Assembly: GCA_043813365.1 (NCBI GenBank)
Contig: JBDRLB010000062.1
Location: 1-39,023 of the forward strand
Length of the DNA stretch: 39,023 nt
DNA from: Candidatus Micrarchaeota archaeon
Lineage (GTDB): Archaea; Micrarchaeota; Micrarchaeia; Norongarragalinales; SBBD01
Direction: 5' to 3'
A program made the position numbers and the translations under genes. Under the pieces are notes generated by a model that did no database searches, had not been told where the DNA came from, and saw only the letters and a program-made list of their open reading frames with translations. Of the stretch, positions 26,629 to 36,940 are shown one piece after another; position 1 is the stretch's first letter; every line of letters begins with the position of its first letter.

Positions 26629-27087
26629 TTAATCCGACTTCAGGACTCTTTTCATCCGTTTTATGATTAAGCCGATTTTCGATGGAGGTTTGTATATGCG
26701 GAAAAACATAGGATCTCCATCCATATCTACATATTTGTACTTATGACTCTGGAATATGCCTGCGAGTTTGTGCGGCGCGGTCGGCTCATATATCCCCCTC
26801 AACAGCTCAAAATGAATTATTGGCCGGCCATTCTTTGCAGCGACTTGGGGCAGCGTCTCAACTGTTTTTTGAATCAACGCCCGGGGGATGCCCTGCCCCA
26901 GTTTCATGGAATTCATAGCCCCCATGAACACTTCCTGAGGGCCCGAAGGAAGATTGATGAAGTCTCTTCTCACCCCATACCCACCAACAATCTCATCGCC
27001 GATTTTTGCAGTCAGCTTCAGCCCATCGGAATTCAGTTCTTTTATTGAGACGTCCACAACCGGTCTTTTCTGCTGTTTTTCAGGCAT
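26629..27087 (-). CDS. Divergent GNAT-like protein
   Basis: AKIGDEIVG beta-hairpin and KLGQGIPRALI resemble the GNAT acetyl-CoA-binding motif A. Confidence 0.5.
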   Translation of the reverse strand: MPEKQQKRPVVDVSIKELNSDGLKLTAKIGDEIVGGYGVRRDFINLPSGPQEVFMGAMNSMKLGQGIPRALIQKTVETLPQVAAKNGRPIIHFELLRGIYEPTAPHKLAGIFQSHKYKYVDMDGDPMFFRIYKPPSKIGLIIKRMKRVLKSD

Positions 27088-27095
27088 GTTATCAT

Positions 27096-28646
27096 CTATA
27101 AAAACGCATCGTGCACATCTACGTCCTTAACCAGATCAGCGATGCTCAGCTTCTCCTCGAACCGTTTTGCGAGTTCTTCCAGTGTTTCTCCCTTGTTTGC
27201 CTTCTTGGTTTTCCTCATCCGGACGCGGATGAATACAGGATAATTGACCGCTTCCCCGATCAGTACTCCCTCCCCCACCCTCAAGCTACTGATTTGGTTC
27301 TGCGTGTGCGAATCAATCGCCTCCGCGCTTTTCGCTATGTGGTCCAAATCGTAGGGGTTTGTTATCTTCATAATGAGCATCGTATTGCATTGCGATAATG
27401 CGGTTGTTGAAAGCTGAACCGGCCTTTGCGAAATCAGGCAAAGGCTCGCGCCGAACTTTCTCCCTTCTCTAGCAACTGTGTTGATGATGCTCTTGCTCAT
27501 CGCATACCTCTTCTCCACTTTTTCAGGGGCGAAATTGTGCGCCTCCTCCACAATCATCGCATATGGCGGCAGCTCCTCCTTCCTTCTCAGAGTGAACATC
27601 TTCTTTGCTATATAAGAAACGATTATCTGCTTCTTCTGCTGATTTATTATGTCCGAAAGGTCGAAAACCGTAAGCCCGCCCAGTTTTATTGCCTTCTTCA
27701 ACCCGGGGTAGTCGCTCTCCCCGATAAGATTCATATGCTTCAACTCCGTAAGCCATGCCATGAGCGCTGATTTCGTCTGCTCCTTCATTTCCGTAGCATT
27801 TATTTCCGAAATAATGCTCTCCAGCCCGTACAGATTCCCCGTAGCCCTGTAATTCTTCCTCAATTTCTCCAGAATGGGCGAAAGCTCCCTTCTCTGCGGA
27901 GGCGACATTTCCGGCAGCAGCTCCGAAAGCATCCCGGTTGTCAAATGGGTAGCTCCGATTCTCACCTTGTTCCCGTTTATCACTGCTACCTTTTCCGCAT
28001 ATTCGGGATTGCTCTTCCTGTCCGAGAAAGAAACGTATTCCCCATGCGCATCGAAAACAACCGCAGCAATTCTCCCATCCTCCTTCTTGCGTGAAAGGAG
28101 CTCTTCAATCATCACTGCAGTAGTTACGCTCTTGCCGCTTCCGCTTATTCCCAAAATAGCAAGGTGCTTCTGGAATAATTTATTGAGATTCAGCTTCACT
28201 TCCAAATCATGAACAAGCAGCTTCCCCAGATTCAGCCCGTTGTCCTCAAATGCGAAGAATTCCTTCAGCAATTTCATGTCCGCATCCAGCACTTTTGCTC
28301 CCGGCGCAGCTGGAAAAGAAGCCCTCCTTAGCGTTTTGTCAATCGTACCCAGCACTGCGCATTCCGCAACCGCGAATTCCCATTCATTTGCGGGGAAATT
28401 CTCAGTGAATGAGGAATTCAACCCGCCCGCAGTTTTGCCGTTCTTCTCATACTCCGAAACGCTTTCCGGCCTCTCGAAATACCTGTTGGCACGTACAATG
28501 TCCTGCACTACCCCAAGAAGCGTCCCCTCCTCCGTCTGCAGCTGCACGAACCTCGCCTTCCGCACCACTTTCGTGTTTGCAATCACGAACGAGAACTTGT
28601 TGGTTGTCGGCGAATCCATTGTTGATATGACGGTTCCCAGCTCCAT
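27096..28646 (-). CDS. herA: HerA-family ATPase/helicase (HAS barrel plus FtsK/HerA domain)
   Basis: KHLAILGISGSGKS, FDAHGEY, EEAHNFAP, REGRKFG and SQRP. Confidence 0.9.
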   Translation of the reverse strand: MELGTVISTMDSPTTNKFSFVIANTKVVRKARFVQLQTEEGTLLGVVQDIVRANRYFERPESVSEYEKNGKTAGGLNSSFTENFPANEWEFAVAECAVLGTIDKTLRRASFPAAPGAKVLDADMKLLKEFFAFEDNGLNLGKLLVHDLEVKLNLNKLFQKHLAILGISGSGKSVTTAVMIEELLSRKKEDGRIAAVVFDAHGEYVSFSDRKSNPEYAEKVAVINGNKVRIGATHLTTGMLSELLPEMSPPQRRELSPILEKLRKNYRATGNLYGLESIISEINATEMKEQTKSALMAWLTELKHMNLIGESDYPGLKKAIKLGGLTVFDLSDIINQQKKQIIVSYIAKKMFTLRRKEELPPYAMIVEEAHNFAPEKVEKRYAMSKSIINTVAREGRKFGASLCLISQRPVQLSTTALSQCNTMLIMKITNPYDLDHIAKSAEAIDSHTQNQISSLRVGEGVLIGEAVNYPVFIRVRMRKTKKANKGETLEELAKRFEEKLSIADLVKDVDVHDAFL

Positions 28647-28717
28647 AAAATCACTGCCAGAAGTACCAATAGCTCTTGCAATCTTTAAAATGGCAACGGG
28701 GGGTGGGTTCTGTTGTA

Positions 28718-28924
28718 TCAGTAAACGATGTTCGCTATCCCCAGCCGCAGCGGCGCCTTCTCGATTGATGCAAATGGCTTCCTCAGCTGCTCCTGCAGAT
28801 CAACCATGATCCGCGTGAAACCGGGTCTGTCAATTTTAAGCGGTATCCTCGTTCCCTCGGCAGCAAGTATCACCTGTGCGAGCGTCAGCAGCTTTTCCCC
28901 TCCCGATCCGTTGTTTTCCTCCAT
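28718..28924 (-). CDS. Small hypothetical protein
   Basis: AGGTGA RBS before the ATG. 68 aa. Confidence 0.5.
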   Translation of the reverse strand: MEENNGSGGEKLLTLAQVILAAEGTRIPLKIDRPGFTRIMVDLQEQLRKPFASIEKAPLRLGIANIVY

Positions 28925-29081
28925 ATCGATCACCTATTTTCCTGATGGGAAAGGAGAAGCCATTCCGCTTGCTCTCTTCCTCCTCAGGGGTTACTAACGT
29001 GGCTTCCAGCGGTATATATACGATCAACCAACGGTTGATTTCGGGTGCTCCCTTTTATTTTCCAATGCAATAGGTTGTGGT

Positions 29082-29723
29082 ATGGAAGGTAAGACCCACC
29101 TATTCTGCGCATTCATGTACTTGGGAGCAGCTGCGTTTTCGGCGTTCAAGCTCGGATACGCCAATGTCCTTGATTCAGTGCTGTTCGTTGTTGCTGTTGT
29201 CATTTCGGTGCAATTGCCGGATGTTGACGTTACAGCAGGAAAGAACAATCTGAACCGCATCATCCAAATTCCGGTGATGGTGACGAAATACTTTCTGTTC
29301 TTACCGATATCCTTGCTTCTGTTCTTTTTGGGAAAAAAGGGCGCGGAGCATAGGGGGGTCATGCATTCGCTCAAAGGGCTTTTTCTGGTTTTCGCTTTCT
29401 GGCTGGTAATTGGAGTTTTGCTGCTGAATTATTTCGGCGCCCTCAATAATTTACGCCCACTTTCAATCGCTGTTCTGGGCCTTCTTGCTGGCTATTTATT
29501 CCATTTGTGGAACGATGCGCTAACGGTTTCAGGCGTGCAGCTCACAGATAAGCTGAAAATAAAAGGTTGGCTGAAAACAGGGAAGCACGAATGGGTTTTG
29601 CAGATGTTCTTCCTGATTATTTCGGCTGTTGCCGCGAACCTAGCGAATATGGGGAATATCGTTTATGCTGCGTGTGCGCTCATTCTCGCTTTTCCGCTAT
29701 CCTTTTTATTGTTTGTAAGATGA
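29082..29723 (+). CDS. Membrane-bound metal-dependent hydrolase (YdjM-like)
   Basis: MEGKTH, LPDVD, HRGVMHSL and HLWNDALT motifs with TM helices. Confidence 0.85.
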   Translation: MEGKTHLFCAFMYLGAAAFSAFKLGYANVLDSVLFVVAVVISVQLPDVDVTAGKNNLNRIIQIPVMVTKYFLFLPISLLLFFLGKKGAEHRGVMHSLKGLFLVFAFWLVIGVLLLNYFGALNNLRPLSIAVLGLLAGYLFHLWNDALTVSGVQLTDKLKIKGWLKTGKHEWVLQMFFLIISAVAANLANMGNIVYAACALILAFPLSFLLFVR

Positions 29724-29739
29724 ATATGTGTTGATCCTT

Positions 29740-31038
29740 ATGATGCGCTCGCATTACGTTTCAGAAGTTGAGTCAAAGGACGAGGGGAAACTTGTTACCT
29801 TAGCCGGCTGGGTGCACGAGACCCGCACTTTCGGGAAGATCAATTTCGTGCTGCTGAGGGACAGGAGCGGCATCATGCAAATAATTCTGAAGGAAGGCGA
29901 AGTGGATGAAAAGCTGATCGAAACCTCCAAAAAACTCATCAAGGAAACCTCAATAGTGGTGAAAGGAAAGGTCCGCAGCTCCAAAATGGCGAATCTGGGA
30001 AGGGAGCTGGTTCCGGAGAGCATTGAAGTTGTAGGGGAAGTGATGAAGCAGGTGCCGTTTGAAATAACCGGCAAAGTCCCGGCAGAAATAGATGTGAGGC
30101 TGGATAAGAGGTTCATTGATTTGCGCCGGATTGAAGTGCAGGCGATATTCAAAATCCGTGCTGAAGTGCAAAAGGCGTTCCGTGATAAGCTCATTGAATT
30201 GAAATTCCAGGAAATCAACCCACCCTCCCTTGTGGAGGCCGCTACGGAAGGAGGGACCGACCTTTTCGAGGTGAAGTATTTTGAGAAGAAGGCGTATTTG
30301 GCGCAGTCCCCGCAATTGTACAAGCAGCTTGCTGTGATGGGCGGCATGGACAAGGTGTTCATGATATGCCCCATTTGGCGCGCTGAAAAGCATAACACAA
30401 CCCAGCATTTGAACGAGATAACGCAGATGGACATCGAGATGGGCTTTGCGGATGACCGGGATGCGCTTGATGTGCTTGAGGAGGTATTTTTGCACATTCT
30501 GAAGAGCGTGAAGGAAAACTGCAAGGAGCAACTGAAAACCTTGAAGGTGGAGCTGGAGATTCCCAAATCACTGAAGCGCCACACTTATTCCCATCTTGTT
30601 GATTTGCTCAACAAGCACAAGCACAAAATGGAATGGGGCGAGGATTTTAGCAAGGAAAACGAGGAGCACCTGTTCAAATTGGTAGGGGAGGAAGCGTTCA
30701 TAATAACGGAATGGCCAACTGCTGTCCGCGCATTCTATTCCATGCCGCACCACGAGAACCCCAAGATCTGCAAAGCATATGATTTGATGTATAAGGGGCT
30801 GGAAATTGCCAGCGGAGCGCAACGTATTCACATTCCGGAGCTGCTGATCAAGCAATTGAAAGCCAAGGATTGCAACCCAGCTGATTTCGAGAGCTACATT
30901 GATGCATTCCGTTATGGTGCAATCCCACATGCCGGCTGGAGCATCGGCTCTGAAAGATTAACGATGAAAATCTGCAATCTTTCAAACATCCGGGAAGCCG
31001 CGCTCTTCCCGAGGGATAGGAACAGGCTGCTTCCGTGA
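29740..31038 (+). CDS. aspS: Aspartate--tRNA ligase, archaeal type
   Basis: OB fold GWVHE...LRDRSG, LAQSPQLYKQ, WRAE, SGAQRIH and FPRD. Confidence 0.93.
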   Translation: MMRSHYVSEVESKDEGKLVTLAGWVHETRTFGKINFVLLRDRSGIMQIILKEGEVDEKLIETSKKLIKETSIVVKGKVRSSKMANLGRELVPESIEVVGEVMKQVPFEITGKVPAEIDVRLDKRFIDLRRIEVQAIFKIRAEVQKAFRDKLIELKFQEINPPSLVEAATEGGTDLFEVKYFEKKAYLAQSPQLYKQLAVMGGMDKVFMICPIWRAEKHNTTQHLNEITQMDIEMGFADDRDALDVLEEVFLHILKSVKENCKEQLKTLKVELEIPKSLKRHTYSHLVDLLNKHKHKMEWGEDFSKENEEHLFKLVGEEAFIITEWPTAVRAFYSMPHHENPKICKAYDLMYKGLEIASGAQRIHIPELLIKQLKAKDCNPADFESYIDAFRYGAIPHAGWSIGSERLTMKICNLSNIREAALFPRDRNRLLP

Positions 31039-31042
31039 TATC

Positions 31043-31636
31043 ATGTCCCCAATACCTACTACGCTAAGGAAAGCCGCAGAAGAAAGGGCAGATAGGCTTG
31101 CATTGAGGTTGCCAAGGATGCTGGATTATGGCTGGCGGTCTGAAAAACGCGTAAAAAATCCAGAGAGGCGTTTTGATGTCTGGGCGTATGGCTGGCATTA
31201 TGCTGACACGACGAGCTTTATACATGAGCTTGCCGATAAGAAAATAGACGTTATGATGAGGCGGCACCGCATTGACCCGATGGATGCCGCTGCAAGATCA
31301 GAAATATTCGGCATTTTTGAAAACCGGGTGATGGGCGCGCTTCACCGAACCCTGCACGGGCTGGAGATAACCCGTGATGGAGCCAATCATGCGTTGCGTT
31401 TCGTGTATTTAGGTCATGGCGAATTAAAGGTAAAATTTGTTAAGGGGCAGGAGCCTCGACTGACATACTCTGTTGGCCACGCAGATATTCCGCCCTCACG
31501 CGAAATTCTCGAAAGGGTAGCAACTGATTATTTTACCTATCGCCAGCGAATAGCCGCATCAGCTGACGCACCATTGCGGGCGCGGGCAATTCTTGCGAGA
31601 TGCGAGGGGCATTTCAAAAAACTCGGCTCTAAATGA
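31043..31636 (+). CDS. Hypothetical protein
   Basis: 197-aa ORF starting 5 nt after aspS. No motif recognised. Confidence 0.65.
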   Translation: MSPIPTTLRKAAEERADRLALRLPRMLDYGWRSEKRVKNPERRFDVWAYGWHYADTTSFIHELADKKIDVMMRRHRIDPMDAAARSEIFGIFENRVMGALHRTLHGLEITRDGANHALRFVYLGHGELKVKFVKGQEPRLTYSVGHADIPPSREILERVATDYFTYRQRIAASADAPLRARAILARCEGHFKKLGSK

Positions 31637-32027
31637 CCTTGAACTTGTAGCCGTAAGCAATGACTCCGTCGCTGTCGTCCTCCGATATCTTCCTGAACAT
31701 CATCTTCACAGGAGCGCCGAACTTGATTTTCTCGTCTTCAGAATCAACGATTTGCGTCATCAACCTAACGCCGTTGGCGAGCTCAACCATTGCCAAGTAA
31801 TAGGGCGCTTCCGCTTCATGGCCAATTGGCGCTGCATGCACATGGGTGAAAGAGAAAATTTTCCCCTCATTTGGCATCTGGTGATTCGCAATTTTGCCCT
31901 TCCTCCTGCATTTCGCGCAGAATTTCCTCTGCGGGAAATATTCCGTCTTGCAGTTCTCGCAGATCGAGCCTATAAGTGCGTATCTCTCCGGAATCCTCCT
32001 CCATAAAAGCGGAATTGCGCCTCTCAT
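31629..32027 (-). CDS. DUF35 family zinc-ribbon/OB-fold protein (thiolase partner)
   Basis: CENC...PQRKFCAKC, G.IFSFT, PYYLAMVEL and YGYKF. Clustered with thiolase and HMG-CoA synthase. Confidence 0.92.
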   Translation of the reverse strand: MRGAIPLLWRRIPERYALIGSICENCKTEYFPQRKFCAKCRRKGKIANHQMPNEGKIFSFTHVHAAPIGHEAEAPYYLAMVELANGVRLMTQIVDSEDEKIKFGAPVKMMFRKISEDDSDGVIAYGYKFKVI

Positions 32028-32320
32028 TTTAAACTACCCCTTAATTTTTCAAATCCGAACGAAACAATGCAGCCTATCAGGTACCATATGATCAGGTTTA
32101 GCAGGAAATTCGCGCCTGAAAATTCCGGTGGAAGAGGGCAGGCGGCATATAGTTCGCAATACATCGATCCTATGGGGTAGAACCCGAGCGGGAAGCCAAC
32201 AAGCGCCACGCCGTCCAAGACCCTTGTTTGCGTGATGAAGATGTAATTTATCGCTGCAAACAATGCAAATACTATACCGGATACCCATGTTGGTTTCAGG
32301 AAATCTTTCCAATCTCCCAT
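32024..32320 (-). CDS. Two-TM membrane protein, paralog of 34004..34357
   Basis: FLKP, GFPLGFY and NLIIWYLIGC. Closely abuts the thiolase and DUF35 genes. Confidence 0.7.
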   Translation of the reverse strand: MGDWKDFLKPTWVSGIVFALFAAINYIFITQTRVLDGVALVGFPLGFYPIGSMYCELYAACPLPPEFSGANFLLNLIIWYLIGCIVSFGFEKLRGSLK

Positions 32321-32321
32321 A

Positions 32322-33485
32322 TTAGTCCCCCCTTTTGAATATATGCACAACAGCAGTTGCTCCGGATCCCCCTACATTGTGCGTGAGGCCGTATTCCGCT
32401 CCGGCAACCTGCCTTCCTTCTGCCCTGCCTTGCAGCTGCCAATAAATCTCAACCGCCTGCTTAACTCCGGTTGCACCTACAGGATGGCCACAACCCTTAA
32501 GCCCTCCGGATGTATTGATTGAAATTTTCGAATTAAGCGCCGTATTGCCTTCCTCCGTGAATTTCCCGCCCTCGCCCTTCTTGCAGAACCCCAGATCCTC
32601 AATGGCCATTATTTCCGCAATGGAAAAGCAATCATGTACCTCTGCAACCTGTATATCTTTCTGCGTCAACTTTGCTTGCTCGAACGCCTGCCTCGATGCT
32701 TCCTTTGCAGCTGCAATTTCCGTCATGCTCTTCCTATTTGAAAGCGCAAGCGAATCCGATGCCTGCCCGCTTCCCATGATTTCAATCGGAGTATCTGTGT
32801 ATTTCCTTGCCTTTTCAGAGGCGCATAAAATCACCGCAGCAGCCCCGTCCGTTATGGGAGAGCAGTCAAGCAGCTTCAAGGGCGATGCGATTGGCGAGGA
32901 ATCCATAACGTCCTCTATGGTAATTTCATTCTGGTACTGCGCGAACTTGTTCTTGCTAGCATTTTTATGGTTTTTAACAGAGCAAGCGGCCATTTGTTCT
33001 TCCGTAGTCCCGAAATCCTTCATGTGCCTCCTTGCCATCAGCGCATAAATCGCGGGGAAAGTCGCTCCAAAAAACAACTCCCATTCCTGGTCCCCTGCTC
33101 CCCCCAAAGCGAAGGACACCTCTTCGGTTGACACTTCTGTCATTTTCTCAACGCCGCCAACAGCTACAACATCGTACATTCCCGAAGCAATTGCAAAATA
33201 GGCGTTCCGAAGCGCAACCGAACCCGAAGCGCATGCCGCCTCCACTCTTGTTGAGGAGATCGGCGTCAATCCGAGCTGGTCGGCAATGAGTGCGCCCACG
33301 TGCTCCTGCCCTATCAGCCTTCCCGGAGCCATCGTTCCCCCATAAATTGCCTGCAAATCCTTCCCTTCAATTTTCGCATCCGCAAGCGCCATGGTTGCAG
33401 CTTCCGCAATGAGGTCGCGGAATGCCGCATCCCACCTTTCCCCGAATTTGCTGAGACCAGCGCCGATAATTGAAACTTTACGCAT
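32322..33485 (-). CDS. Acetyl-CoA acetyltransferase (archaeal thiolase)
   Basis: EAACASG catalytic Cys, DGAAA, EVHDCF, GHPVGATG and HNVGG. Confidence 0.95.
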   Translation of the reverse strand: MRKVSIIGAGLSKFGERWDAAFRDLIAEAATMALADAKIEGKDLQAIYGGTMAPGRLIGQEHVGALIADQLGLTPISSTRVEAACASGSVALRNAYFAIASGMYDVVAVGGVEKMTEVSTEEVSFALGGAGDQEWELFFGATFPAIYALMARRHMKDFGTTEEQMAACSVKNHKNASKNKFAQYQNEITIEDVMDSSPIASPLKLLDCSPITDGAAAVILCASEKARKYTDTPIEIMGSGQASDSLALSNRKSMTEIAAAKEASRQAFEQAKLTQKDIQVAEVHDCFSIAEIMAIEDLGFCKKGEGGKFTEEGNTALNSKISINTSGGLKGCGHPVGATGVKQAVEIYWQLQGRAEGRQVAGAEYGLTHNVGGSGATAVVHIFKRGD

Positions 33486-33528
33486 AATTTTACCAACTCG
33501 TTCAAAAATTCCTTTTCATCACTGGAAA

Positions 33529-33999
33529 TTATTCGCTGAAATACGCCCTGTTTTTGTGGAAGACCCACATGAAAACGCCGCTGATGATTACAGTTATTGC
33601 TATTCCCACCATCCCTATTGTCCTTCCCATCTCCAATGCCTGCGCCTGCTGTGCTGCCGTAATCCCTTGCGCCGAAGCAAGTGCGAGCTCCATGCTCTGG
33701 TCCAGGTAAGGTATTTGCCCGAGGGAAAGGAATATCTGGACCGCTAGCAATGCAATGGTCAAATCTACCGCCCATTGCTTCCGGAGCCATATGCCGTAAA
33801 GTTGTGCCGCTTCAGCCAGCCCGTTTACAAGGACGTATGCGAATAGCATTTCGCCCGTCAATACGGCACCGAGCACCATCGCCGCACCGTTCGAAAATGT
33901 CGCGAGCGTCCAGACGGTGCCGATTATTCCCAATGCTAGCAGCACTAGGTAAATTGTCACTCCAGTTGGCCGTTCCATCTTTTTCGTTTCCTTCTCCAT
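33529..33999 (-). CDS. Four-TM membrane protein, unknown function
   Basis: RPTGVTI N-terminus, four hydrophobic helices and a C-terminal RAYF. Confidence 0.7.
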   Translation of the reverse strand: MEKETKKMERPTGVTIYLVLLALGIIGTVWTLATFSNGAAMVLGAVLTGEMLFAYVLVNGLAEAAQLYGIWLRKQWAVDLTIALLAVQIFLSLGQIPYLDQSMELALASAQGITAAQQAQALEMGRTIGMVGIAITVIISGVFMWVFHKNRAYFSE

Positions 34000-34003
34000 G
34001 CAA

Positions 34004-34357
34004 TCACCCAACTTCCCCCAATCTGCCTTTTCCAGTAAACCTCTTGTAAGCGTAAATCAGGAGGCATGAAATGCCATACCATATCAGCAAATCCATTGCA
34101 AATCCAAAAAGGAAAATCTTGTTGAGGTTGTTCAAATCCTCCCCCATGACCAAACCCGACTCCTCGTAATTAGCGTAAATCCCGTACGGGAAGCCCATCT
34201 GCTTGAACTTCACCAAACTGACTCCCTCGCCGACCTCGTGCTCAGAAACCATCAAAAAGGAGACCACGATCATCAGCGTGACCAGCAGTGCGATCTTTTC
34301 GGTCCGTGGTGATACAAACTCCGCAAAATCGAAATCCAGCGCTTTCAAATCCACCAT
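34004..34357 (-). CDS. Two-TM membrane protein, paralog of 32024..32320
   Basis: FVSP, GFPYGIY and DLLIWYGISC. The start could also be 34408. Confidence 0.7.
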   Translation of the reverse strand: MVDLKALDFDFAEFVSPRTEKIALLVTLMIVVSFLMVSEHEVGEGVSLVKFKQMGFPYGIYANYEESGLVMGEDLNNLNKIFLFGFAMDLLIWYGISCLLIYAYKRFTGKGRLGEVG

Positions 34358-34427
34358 ATAAATCCACCAATATTTTGAATAATTCCGAAAAACCCTACTC
34401 TCCGCCATCCACCAAAACCAATTGTAT

Positions 34428-35477
34428 TCATTCCCCGCTCTTCAGCTTCTTCCGGTGTTTCGCATAAACCGCATAATTGACGTATGCCTTCTCCTTTATC
34501 TGCTCCATAACTGCCACTTCCTGCCTTCTGCCCTTCTCGGTGATTTCCTTCGTAACCTTAATGCTAAATGCATCGCTTCCAGCTCCCGAACCATACGAAA
34601 CCAGCAGTATCCTATCCCCCGGCTTGGCAACATCCAAAACAGCTGCCAATCCGATTATTGATGAGCCGGAATATGTGTTCCCAATCATTGGCGTGATCAG
34701 CCCCGGTGCGACTTTCGAATGCTCGAACCCCAGTAATTTTGCTACCCTCACCGGAAACTTGCCATTCGGCTGGTGCGGGACGAAGTAATCATAATCCTTC
34801 ACGCTAGTTCCCATCCTCTCCATGAGCCCTTTCGCAGCAGCAAGCACGTGCTTGAAATAAGCTGGCTCCGCAGTGAACCTTCCCCCGTGCCTCGGGTATT
34901 CCGCGTGCTGCCTCCTCCAGAAATCCGGCGTGTCCGTAGTATAGGAATAAGTACCCTCAAATTCGGCGATAAGGTTTTCCCTCCCAATAATGAATGCGGC
35001 CCCTCCGGAGCCGGCTGAGAACTCAAGCGCGTCATTCGGCCTTCCCTGAGCTGTATCCGCCCCGATTGCAAGCCCGTATTTGATCATCTTGCTTTCAGAA
35101 AGCCCCATGCACGCCTGCATTGCCGTTGTTCCTGCCTTGCAGGCGAACTCGAAATCTGCAGCCGTATAATGCGGTGCGCAATCGAGCGCTGCTCCCACAA
35201 TTGTTGCTGTTGGCTTTACCGCATACGGTTTGCTCTCGCTTCCCACAAATATCGCGTTTATCTCATCCGGATGGATTTTTGCGCATTTTACGGCCCTTTT
35301 CGCAGCTTCAACCGCTATTGTAGCCGTATCCTCGTCAATGCTTGCAACCGACTTCTCCTTCATCCCGAGCCCTTCGGAAATGCGTTTCGCATCCTTCCCC
35401 CAAACGCTGGCTATCTCCTCCACCTTGATTCGCATCTTCGGGACGTATGTGCCATATCCAGCAATGCCGGTTACCAT
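34428..35477 (-). CDS. Hydroxymethylglutaryl-CoA synthase (archaeal type)
   Basis: [19 protein letters not shown] catalytic Cys, [19 protein letters not shown] and SYGSGAGSD. Confidence 0.96.
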   Translation of the reverse strand: MVTGIAGYGTYVPKMRIKVEEIASVWGKDAKRISEGLGMKEKSVASIDEDTATIAVEAAKRAVKCAKIHPDEINAIFVGSESKPYAVKPTATIVGAALDCAPHYTAADFEFACKAGTTAMQACMGLSESKMIKYGLAIGADTAQGRPNDALEFSAGSGGAAFIIGRENLIAEFEGTYSYTTDTPDFWRRQHAEYPRHGGRFTAEPAYFKHVLAAAKGLMERMGTSVKDYDYFVPHQPNGKFPVRVAKLLGFEHSKVAPGLITPMIGNTYSGSSIIGLAAVLDVAKPGDRILLVSYGSGAGSDAFSIKVTKEITEKGRRQEVAVMEQIKEKAYVNYAVYAKHRKKLKSGE

Positions 35478-35668
35478 GCAAACTACCTTTTTTAGGAACA
35501 AAAACAAGGGATTATTTTACCGGTTTCAGATTTATAAATATGCCGAACAATATTCGTAAAAACATCGGCAGGAAACGTATATTTCGGGCTTTTGCTCCGA
35601 TTTTTAAACCTGCAATTTGATACTTGTTGGATTTTCATGAAAAACGGATTTTTCAAGGGTGAAGCGGA

Positions 35669-36913
35669 TTGAATAATGAAGGCTTCTACAAATTGCCAAT
35701 TGAAGAGCGCAGGAAACGCCTGCTGGAAGAGGGGAAATTAACCGAGGAGGAGCTCTCCCTGCTCGACCGTTCCCTTGATGTCAATGTTGCGGATAAAATG
35801 ACCGAGAACGTCATCGGGACGTTTTCCCTGCCTTATTCACTGGCGATGAATTTCAAAATTAATGGCAAGGAGCTGCTTGTTCCCATGGTGACGGAAGAGC
35901 CCTCCGTAGTTGCAGCTGCCTCGAACGCTGCCAAAATGAGCTTGCCGCAGGGATTTACCGCTTCCTCCAATCCTTCCATCATGATTGGGCAGATCCAGCT
36001 CGTAAATTTGGAGGATCCTGAAAATGCCTTGAAGAACGTTCTGGGCCAGAAGGAAAAATTGCTGGAAATGGCGAACTCGACCGATTCAACCATCGTCAAA
36101 CTAGGGGGCGGTGCGAAGGGAATTGAGGGGAAAATACTTGCAACTTCGAGGGGCAAAATGCTCGTGCTGCACCTTCTAGTAGATGTGAAGGATGCGATGG
36201 GCGCTAATGCTGTGAACACAATATGCGAATTAATCTCGCCCGAAATAGAAAAGATTACGGGCGGCGAAGCGAGGCTGAGGATATTGTCGAACCTGGCAAT
36301 TCACCGGCTCGTGAAAGCATCCGCAATCTGGAAGAAAGACTTGTTAGGTGAAGGCACAATAGAAAAAATCCTCGACGCTTATGAATTTGCAGCCAGCGAC
36401 CAGTTCCGTGCAACAACGAACAACAAGGGCATAATGAACGGAATCAGCGCGGTTTGCCTGGCAACAGGGAACGACACCCGGGCAGTTGAAGCGGCATGCC
36501 ACTCCTACGCGAGTTTCAGGGAAACGGGGAAATACCTCCCATTTGCAAAATATTCAAAAAATGAAAATGGGGATTTGGAGGGAGAAATCGAGCTTCCCCT
36601 CGCAGTTGGGATTGTGGGTGGCGCAACCAAAACCCTGCCTCTCGCACAGCTTTCCCTCAAAATCATGGGCGTGAAATCTGCATCCGAACTTGCGGAAACA
36701 ATGGCTTGCGTCGGGTTGGCAAATAATTTCGCGGCATTGAGGGCACTTGCTACCGAAGGAATACAGCGCGGGCACATGGAATTGCATGCGAGGAACGTTG
36801 CAATTGCAGCCGGAGCGGAAGGCGAGCAGATTGAGAAGATTGCAGAACAGATGGCAAAGGAGAAAAACATCAGTTCCGCAAGGGCAAAGGAGCTGCTAAC
36901 GGAGGAAACGTAG
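35669..36913 (+). CDS. Hydroxymethylglutaryl-CoA reductase, class II
   Basis: ENVIG, TEEPSVVAAAS, DAMGANAVN, NKGIMNG, GNDTRAVEA and GIQRGHMELH. TTG start. Confidence 0.95.
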   Translation: MNNEGFYKLPIEERRKRLLEEGKLTEEELSLLDRSLDVNVADKMTENVIGTFSLPYSLAMNFKINGKELLVPMVTEEPSVVAAASNAAKMSLPQGFTASSNPSIMIGQIQLVNLEDPENALKNVLGQKEKLLEMANSTDSTIVKLGGGAKGIEGKILATSRGKMLVLHLLVDVKDAMGANAVNTICELISPEIEKITGGEARLRILSNLAIHRLVKASAIWKKDLLGEGTIEKILDAYEFAASDQFRATTNNKGIMNGISAVCLATGNDTRAVEAACHSYASFRETGKYLPFAKYSKNENGDLEGEIELPLAVGIVGGATKTLPLAQLSLKIMGVKSASELAETMACVGLANNFAALRALATEGIQRGHMELHARNVAIAAGAEGEQIEKIAEQMAKEKNISSARAKELLTEET

Positions 36914-36940
36914 TAATTAGGCATAGTCGGGTGATCGTTT

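Noticed and set aside
27096..28646. HerA as part of an anti-phage system (e.g. Sir2-HerA)
   Set aside because: No partner nuclease or sirtuin is adjacent, and the protein looks like housekeeping archaeal HerA.
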